From Coraliomargarita sp. (lineage in GTDB: Bacteria; Verrucomicrobiota; Verrucomicrobiia; Opitutales; Coraliomargaritaceae): a stretch of DNA of 64,000 nt. Positions 57,994 to 64,000 of this stretch are shown here, one piece after another. Both the position numbers and the translations under genes were made by a program. The notes under the pieces were generated by a model. It was not told the origin of the DNA and did not search any database. It worked only from the letters and a program-made list of their open reading frames with translations. The stretch lies in contig OZ244160.1 of the NCBI GenBank assembly GCA_965216325.1, forward strand, positions 320,001 to 384,000, read 5' to 3'. How positions within the stretch are numbered: position 1 is the stretch's first letter; the number at the start of each line of letters is the position of its first letter.

Positions 57994-60813
57994 CTATTTC
58001 TTCCACTCAACTTTCTTATCAAACTCAAACCAATCCAGGTTAAACATGCCGCCCCCTTGTCCGGTAAAGACCAGGTAGAGATCCTGCTTGCCGCTCAGGC
58101 CGCTTACCTCGCTGGACATCTCCTCCCAGTTAGCCCATCCTCCAGTAGGTTTCACGCGACAGGAGCCGAGCAGTGTGCCGCTTTTACTACCCAATCTCAA
58201 CTCAATGGTGCCGCCATTGTTATTGCCGCATGATGCGTGAGCCGTAAACTTTTTGATTCCCTCAGGGAACTCCATGCCCTCGAACATAATCCAGTGACCG
58301 TTGTCGATATATCCGATATGGTCACTTTGATCGTTGCTTTCAATAACCATTCCCTTGGATTTCTTACTAAATGTTTCCGCCTCAATTCGGTCGGCAACAG
58401 CTTCCGGGGAGGGGGTGAATCTCTCAAGCATCTCTTTTTGTATCGCAGCAGCGGAGGCATGAGGACTTTTGACTCCCGAATAGATCACCAGGTCGTCGCT
58501 TTTATCAATGCCATTGCTGGAGACTGTTGCGGTAACGACAACCCGACCTGTGCCCTTCAGAGTCACCAATCCTTTACTGTCAATTGACGCTATGGCAGGG
58601 GCGCTACTAGTGTAGGTGAGTTTGGCAGATGAGAGATCGGCCTCATACCATTTTTCCGTCTTGCCGCTTATACTTGTCTGCAGCGTGTCACCGGGCTTGG
58701 CTTCCAGGTATGTATCATGACCTTTGCCCTTAAGGAACACACGGTGCAGTTTGCCATTCTTTGGTGAAAAGGAGAAACTTTTGAGCAGGCCGACTTTACT
58801 GGTATCAATGGATCTCATCCCCATCGCCAAAGCAGGAGAGTTCTCTTTTAGACGGTAATCACGTTCTTTGGCGTTGATAAAATGCGGGTCCGTCATCTTA
58901 CTGTTTTGGTCGGCATTTTTTTTCTTTGTCGCATCCTGCCAGGCGCTTAGTGAACTTCCCCCTTTTGGAAAGTTAAATTTTCCCTGCTTGTTAAAGTAGA
59001 TGTTGTAGTCCATCTCACCAAGGGATCTGATATCTTTAAAGCGGAAGGTAAGGCGGTCTGCTCCGTTACCATGCACACCTCCATCGCCATGGACTTTTTG
59101 TGCATGATCGCTGTAGATGATATTGTTATAGAAGAACAGCTTTCTCGCTGGTTCAATATAATGGGAGAGGTTAGCTGCTCCGTGTTCAGACAAACTTGCA
59201 TCAAATACATTATTATAAATCAGATTATCAACGCCTTTTGACATGAGCTGAGCATTGACTGCTGGTGTCTTCGTGTCATAGACAATATTATTCCTGATTG
59301 TCCAGTAATCAGAACCATCGTCCAGAAAGATACTATGTCCGCGCCATCCGCCCTTGGGGCTTCCCGTGTAAGCGTTTATGATGATGTTGTTGTCAACGAC
59401 ATTACCACGGCCTCCTCCCCAACACTCGATACCCCCGCCATCGGCAGAATCGGCGCCAAGGTCATACATGTAGTTGTAGCGAAATATATTTTTGTTGGAG
59501 TGTATATATTTATCCCAGTCAGAAAACTTCACGTGTCCCAAGCCCACAGTATTGCGTACGCCATAACGGGCTCCTTTCAGCGAGATCCCATAACGTCGTG
59601 ACTGATGAATGAGGTTGTGTTCGATAATATTCTCAGCGCTCTGATAAATCTGCACACCTGTTGCGTGATTCACAGTTGCCATGATATTAGAGATTTCATT
59701 ATTGCTGATGATGTTGCCTTTATTGATCACTTCGGTGTTGTCTTTATGAAGCAGTAGGCCGGCTAGGTAGACTCCGCTGTAACCGAGGTTTGTCATTTTA
59801 CAGCCGGATACCGTGTTGTTCTGTGCCCAACCGTACAGGGAGACTGCGTGGAGGGGGGCATCATGGAGATCGCAGTCAAGAACCTGAATATTCTTGGCGT
59901 TTTCCATCAGGATAAGCGACGTACGCAGCGTTTCCGGGTAGTCGGCATTTTGACGTTCATACCCATCAATTGTTGTTCCACTGTAACAGGGCATGCTGGC
60001 ATTAAAGTCAGTTAAGAGTATTTCCAGTCCCTGGATTTTTATGTTGCTGACTGGCTGCTTGCCACTTTCACCCTTGAACGTAAAGACGCTCTTGGCCGTT
60101 GGCCGGATCACAGCATCCAGTTCTTTTTTGTTTTTGGGATAGTAGTAGAGATATCCGGCATCAGAATTGACCGCCCATTCTCCAGGTTCATTGATAAACT
60201 CAACATCGCCGCTGTAGTGACGTAATCCTCCGCTGAATTTGCTTTTGGGATAATCGCTGACAGGCTGGTTCTTGTCATTCAACTTGATTTTAAGGTATTC
60301 AGACATCCATGCGCCTTGATAGTAGGCCTGAACGTTGCGGATCGACTTCGGCTGCTTCCATTTGTTTTCCTTAGCGATTGAGGCAAGCTTCCCATCGACA
60401 AGTAAAGACCAAAACTCAATGTCTTTACCAATGTTGGCTTTCATGATGCCGTCTTTATACGGCTCCCAGTTTGTTACGGGCACCCCACCAATGATGACAG
60501 GTTTTTCATCCTTGTAGTTCCGGTACGTGATATACTGGCCGTCTGGGCCGCTGTCACGGTGATCAAAACGGATGCTCTCTTTGATGTGGTACACGCCACC
60601 TCGTATGTTCACGACGACGGATTCTTTTGAATCTTTATTGAGCTTCCTCACCGCATCCCGGGCCTGGGTTATGGTGGCAAAGGGGCTCTTTAGGGTTCCC
60701 GAGTTTGTGTCTTTTCCGTCCGGGGCGACGTAGAATGTTTCGGCGGCTGATAATTGACCGGCAAAGGCCAGGGCAGCGATCGTGAAGATGGTTTTTATTT
60801 TGTGGGTGATCAT
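57994..60813 (-). CDS. Right-handed beta-helix enzyme with Ig-like (Big_2) domain and CBM6
   Basis: FYVAPDG, IRGGVY, DGGGIE, IFLDDG, DPHF..DYRL, YTSSAPAIASIDSKG; shared CBM6 tail. Confidence 0.85.
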   Translation of the reverse strand: MITHKIKTIFTIAALAFAGQLSAAETFYVAPDGKDTNSGTLKSPFATITQARDAVRKLNKDSKESVVVNIRGGVYHIKESIRFDHRDSGPDGQYITYRNYKDEKPVIIGGVPVTNWEPYKDGIMKANIGKDIEFWSLLVDGKLASIAKENKWKQPKSIRNVQAYYQGAWMSEYLKIKLNDKNQPVSDYPKSKFSGGLRHYSGDVEFINEPGEWAVNSDAGYLYYYPKNKKELDAVIRPTAKSVFTFKGESGKQPVSNIKIQGLEILLTDFNASMPCYSGTTIDGYERQNADYPETLRTSLILMENAKNIQVLDCDLHDAPLHAVSLYGWAQNNTVSGCKMTNLGYSGVYLAGLLLHKDNTEVINKGNIISNNEISNIMATVNHATGVQIYQSAENIIEHNLIHQSRRYGISLKGARYGVRNTVGLGHVKFSDWDKYIHSNKNIFRYNYMYDLGADSADGGGIECWGGGRGNVVDNNIIINAYTGSPKGGWRGHSIFLDDGSDYWTIRNNIVYDTKTPAVNAQLMSKGVDNLIYNNVFDASLSEHGAANLSHYIEPARKLFFYNNIIYSDHAQKVHGDGGVHGNGADRLTFRFKDIRSLGEMDYNIYFNKQGKFNFPKGGSSLSAWQDATKKKNADQNSKMTDPHFINAKERDYRLKENSPALAMGMRSIDTSKVGLLKSFSFSPKNGKLHRVFLKGKGHDTYLEAKPGDTLQTSISGKTEKWYEADLSSAKLTYTSSAPAIASIDSKGLVTLKGTGRVVVTATVSSNGIDKSDDLVIYSGVKSPHASAAAIQKEMLERFTPSPEAVADRIEAETFSKKSKGMVIESNDQSDHIGYIDNGHWIMFEGMEFPEGIKKFTAHASCGNNNGGTIELRLGSKSGTLLGSCRVKPTGGWANWEEMSSEVSGLSGKQDLYLVFTGQGGGMFNLDWFEFDKKVEWKK

Positions 60814-60814
60814 G

Positions 60815-63097
60815 CTATTCTCCTTTGTTATTTTTAGGGATTATATTTAAAGAATCTGATTTCAGTTGTAGACGTGCTCCCTTGGGAATGGATACTACTT
60901 GCCAACTTTGGTTGGCATTAAGCGTTAGGGCGTCTTTCGCATTGCGGGCCGATTCAACCAAGACCTTTACCTCAGCATCAAAGGGTGTGGGATTGTAAAG
61001 GCTGAGGGTGACTGTTGATCCCTCGTGCTCAAGCGACTCGAGTTCGATGTTGTCGAAAACGGTGACGTGGCCGGTATCAGGCTGAATATAGATTCCCGGA
61101 ATTTCCAAAGTCGTCAGCATAAACGCCGTCTCTGGCCAACTGCTGGATCCAAAGAGCGAGCCACCGACGCCATCAGGACCTTCCCAGTCACTGAGATTTA
61201 CCCGTTCACACATCCAGCCCGGCTGCATGTGTGAGCTTAATGGTCGATCGGCACGGGACAGGTATTGTGGAATTCCATGGGCGATATCTTTTATGAGATC
61301 CAGAGCCACTTCATCGCCAGTTAATCTCCAAAGCCTGAATAGAGAATCTCCAGAGAATGTACAGATCCCCGGTGCACCGTGTTTGTTCTGAATGTTGGCC
61401 CATACCGCGCCGGTACTACGGGCATCATCCTGCCCAAGTGACGAATCGGTCGGAAAGCTATAATCGTAGGACACTACCCAGGTGGCAGCTTGACGAAGCA
61501 TCTCTTGGGCGGCTTGAGCCCATTCAGTCGATCCGGTTTTCTCCAAAAGAGCAACAAACGACTCCACCAAAGCAAATGCGGCTTCAGAATCAGGAGCAGA
61601 TAAAATTTCTCCCGGACCACCTGTGGTGATGCCCTGAACAACAAAGTCCTGATAATATTTTCTCGCAGAAGCTTCGGCTACTTGCAGATACGTGTTGTCA
61701 TTAAAAAACTCAGAAGCAAGTACCAGTGCACCTGGAACAATACCACCGGATGCTGAACCGCCAATGAGCAGTTCTCCGGTCTCAACATCGACCCATTGAC
61801 CAAACTGGCCAGATTGTTCCCATAAACGGACAAATGCATCGGCGAGTTTTTTGAGAGAGTTGCTCCAGGATTCAGGTACTTCCACGCCCTGCTTCTTGAG
61901 CAGATCGAGTTGTTTGATACCAAAATAGAGCCAGTCACCGCTTTTACGCACCATGTGCAGGTTGTGCTTGTAGGGGGTGTCTACACCGTCGCTGTAAAAT
62001 GCTTGGCCGTCGCCCAGGCCCATAAAAAATCCTGAGGGGGCCTGTGTCTTCTCAAAGATCATCTCAAGGTTACGCATCGCTCGGGCACGGGTCTCGGCAC
62101 TCCCCTGTGCCAGCATCGGCAGCGTCATGATGCCGCCGCCTACCCAGCCAATCTGCCAGAGAAAGCAGAGTGGTTTGCTTGCAGTCTCAAAGGTGGTGTG
62201 AAAGTTGGGAGCCAGTTTGTAGTAACCATCCTCTTCCACCCAGTTGTCGCGGTTGTATTTCTCTTCGATGATTTTCCAGCCTGCGCTGTAAGGAAGTTTG
62301 CAGCGGGGTTCAGAAGTATAGAGAGAGCACTTGCGAAGATCACAAAAGCGATCGAATAATCCCTGCAGTTGCGGTGCTTCAAAAGCTGTTACCACAAGTT
62401 TGAGGGTGATTTCGTCACCTGCTGACCAGGCGACACCTCGGTCGTCGCTGGGCGTCGGCTCTTTGCAGTGATTATGGTAAAGCTCTCGCACCGAGGGAGC
62501 AGTCAGCAGAAATCGGCATGAACCTTTTCCGCAACGCTCTACTGTAAGGCCATGGTTGCCGAAGCAGGATCCTTGCTCGGAAAAGAGTAAAAAGCCCTGC
62601 TTCTGTGAAGGGGAGTAAAATCCCATACAGGGAACGGATGTATCGCCGGTGGTCTGCTCTATGCGCCCCGAATCCTTGCTCAACTGAGGCACAGGGGTCG
62701 TGGTCGTCGGCATATCAGGCCGGAATTGTGATCTATCCTTCCACATAGGTGGGTAGGGGGTGTCATAGATATCGAAATCGTTTCCGTTGTAGACCGCACA
62801 GGGCAGCATTGTATAGTTATCATCCTGCCAGCCGGCAAACTCAAAGGCCACGCCAACCCCGGCAGAATCAATACTCCCGGATACTACTTTAAAGTTCACC
62901 TCCAGTTCCAAATATCTAGTATCGCCCACGTGGTTTTCTGAGACCTTCACCGCAGACTGCCATTGGGCACCGCCAAAGGAGACTTGTTGATCAGCTTCAG
63001 CGCTAGCTTCTTCTTTCAGGCAGTTCTGATCGTAGCGTCGCAGAACCGGAGTCATACTGCCCTCGAGTGAACCAAGAGTTTTTTGTAGATAATCCAT
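60815..63097 (-). CDS. Hypothetical cytoplasmic protein, possibly an (alpha/alpha)-barrel carbohydrate-active enzyme
   Basis: 760 aa, no signal peptide, Trp/Tyr-rich helical C-terminal half (WQIGWVGG, GGPGEIL.APDSE, ERVNLSDWE), coupled to neighbours. Confidence 0.7.
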   Translation of the reverse strand: MDYLQKTLGSLEGSMTPVLRRYDQNCLKEEASAEADQQVSFGGAQWQSAVKVSENHVGDTRYLELEVNFKVVSGSIDSAGVGVAFEFAGWQDDNYTMLPCAVYNGNDFDIYDTPYPPMWKDRSQFRPDMPTTTTPVPQLSKDSGRIEQTTGDTSVPCMGFYSPSQKQGFLLFSEQGSCFGNHGLTVERCGKGSCRFLLTAPSVRELYHNHCKEPTPSDDRGVAWSAGDEITLKLVVTAFEAPQLQGLFDRFCDLRKCSLYTSEPRCKLPYSAGWKIIEEKYNRDNWVEEDGYYKLAPNFHTTFETASKPLCFLWQIGWVGGGIMTLPMLAQGSAETRARAMRNLEMIFEKTQAPSGFFMGLGDGQAFYSDGVDTPYKHNLHMVRKSGDWLYFGIKQLDLLKKQGVEVPESWSNSLKKLADAFVRLWEQSGQFGQWVDVETGELLIGGSASGGIVPGALVLASEFFNDNTYLQVAEASARKYYQDFVVQGITTGGPGEILSAPDSEAAFALVESFVALLEKTGSTEWAQAAQEMLRQAATWVVSYDYSFPTDSSLGQDDARSTGAVWANIQNKHGAPGICTFSGDSLFRLWRLTGDEVALDLIKDIAHGIPQYLSRADRPLSSHMQPGWMCERVNLSDWEGPDGVGGSLFGSSSWPETAFMLTTLEIPGIYIQPDTGHVTVFDNIELESLEHEGSTVTLSLYNPTPFDAEVKVLVESARNAKDALTLNANQSWQVVSIPKGARLQLKSDSLNIIPKNNKGE

Positions 63098-64000
63098 TAC
63101 ACTGCTCCTCCGGCATCTGATGGTGCTGTCGACTTGGCGTCGATTTCGTCACGGATTTCCTCACATCGCTTCTTAGTCAAAGGGTAGAACCAAATGGCCG
63201 ACATGGCAATCAGGAAGCCTACCGGTTGAGAGATGACCAGTGCCAGTAACCAGAACTTGATGGTAGCCGGGTCTTGGATATCCAGTTTGCTGTCAAATCC
63301 GGAAGCCACCAGAAGAAAGCCCTGTAGGCCCATGGCCACTCCAAGCGCCAGTTTGTCAGCAGTGCTGAATACGGCACTGAAAAAAGCTTCGCGGCGATGT
63401 CCAGAGTTGAGTTCATCCAGATCGCATACATCGGCAAGCATGGAGTTGTTGATCATTGGCATGGTGTTGGTGAATATACCAATCAGGATGCCGGTAATAA
63501 GGCAGGGCCATTGCATGGATACTTCACCCAGGAAGGGAAGGGTGGTGGTCAGGAAGGCGCCATCGGCGTCGGTAAAAGTAAACCAGAGGCTCAAGTAAGC
63601 CACAGTACTCATGCCTAATAGCGTTAGTAGGCACCGCTTCTTTCCCAGGTAATCCGCAAGCTTGGCGATAAAGGGCATGGCGACAAGGCAGGTGATGTTG
63701 ATCGAGTTGAAAAAGATAGCCATGTACGCTGACCCAACCTTTTGGTCGCCTTTGCTGATGTAATAGAGAAAGATGTACATGAAGAATATTCCGGTCACCG
63801 CCATACAGAACTTGGCTATGAAATTGCTCACCACAATCAGCCAGAAAGGCTTGTTGTGTAGAGTAAACTTTATCGCATCGAGAAAGCGCACTTTCTCTTC
63901 TTTCGGCGTATGGACAGTCTTCCCCTCCTTACAAAACAGGACTGAAGGAAGACCCGATAGAACCAAAAGTAAAGCAACACCAGCACTGACATAAAGGACA
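63097..64000 (-). CDS. MFS sugar transporter, GPH/MelB family (partial, runs off window end)
   Basis: NKPF, GKKR, SMLADVCD.DEL..G.RREA, YPLT motifs; frame open to the edge. Confidence 0.92.
   Translation of the reverse strand, partial: VLYVSAGVALLLVLSGLPSVLFCKEGKTVHTPKEEKVRFLDAIKFTLHNKPFWLIVVSNFIAKFCMAVTGIFFMYIFLYYISKGDQKVGSAYMAIFFNSINITCLVAMPFIAKLADYLGKKRCLLTLLGMSTVAYLSLWFTFTDADGAFLTTTLPFLGEVSMQWPCLITGILIGIFTNTMPMINNSMLADVCDLDELNSGHRREAFFSAVFSTADKLALGVAMGLQGFLLVASGFDSKLDIQDPATIKFWLLALVISQPVGFLIAMSAIWFYPLTKKRCEEIRDEIDAKSTAPSDAGGAV

Larger units (their letters stand above)
38855..60813 (-). repeat. Eight dispersed copies of a ~75-bp signal-peptide leader (MITQKIKT..TVAALAFAGQLSAAE)
   Basis: Copies at 38855-38929, 45467-45541, 47873-47947, 51055-51126, 53024-53098, 55466-55540, 57863-57937 and 60739-60813; plus-strand ccggcaaagg is invariant in all eight. 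Confidence 0.95.

Noticed and set aside
38930..60815. Classical integron with attC sites
   Set aside because: Junctions lack the RYYYAAC...GTTRRRY inverted structure, extend into coding sequence, and no intI is present

Overview
Bacterial chromosomal window, most likely Verrucomicrobiota (Opitutia, Coraliomargarita/Lentimonas-like). This is inferred from the PVC-type small basic protein, the H-X9-DG prepilin-type protein and the sulfatase load. Bases 1-31992 are mostly core genes: waaA, pagL-like, lpdA, polA, two crcB, psd, exbB/exbD, a moxR-Bat operon, rlmH, manC, ruvX, ndk, ispF and a CBS-pyrophosphatase. Five tRNAs lie in this part, together with REP-like palindromes, microsatellite-like repeats, several pseudogenes, a tRNA-Ser followed by two extra copies of its own 3' end, and a group IIC intron whose protein has lost the RT core but kept the maturase domain in frame. 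After tRNA-Pro (31992) an accessory island begins: a repeat-flanked Fic-MerR gene, IS scars (ISL3, IS3, IS1380) and a minus-strand cluster of over 30 kb for sulfated-polysaccharide breakdown (6 sulfatases, 2 GH2, 3 beta-helix/CBM6 proteins, ThuA-like, MFS). The most unusual signal is in this cluster. Eight genes from three unrelated enzyme folds begin with the same ~75-bp signal-peptide DNA and are joined by conserved intergenic junctions. Two of those junctions are orphans still carrying the tail of a missing gene, and C-terminal modules recur near-identically. This looks like a recombination-driven, mix-and-match enzyme cassette array. All family calls come from motif recognition; no database search was run.
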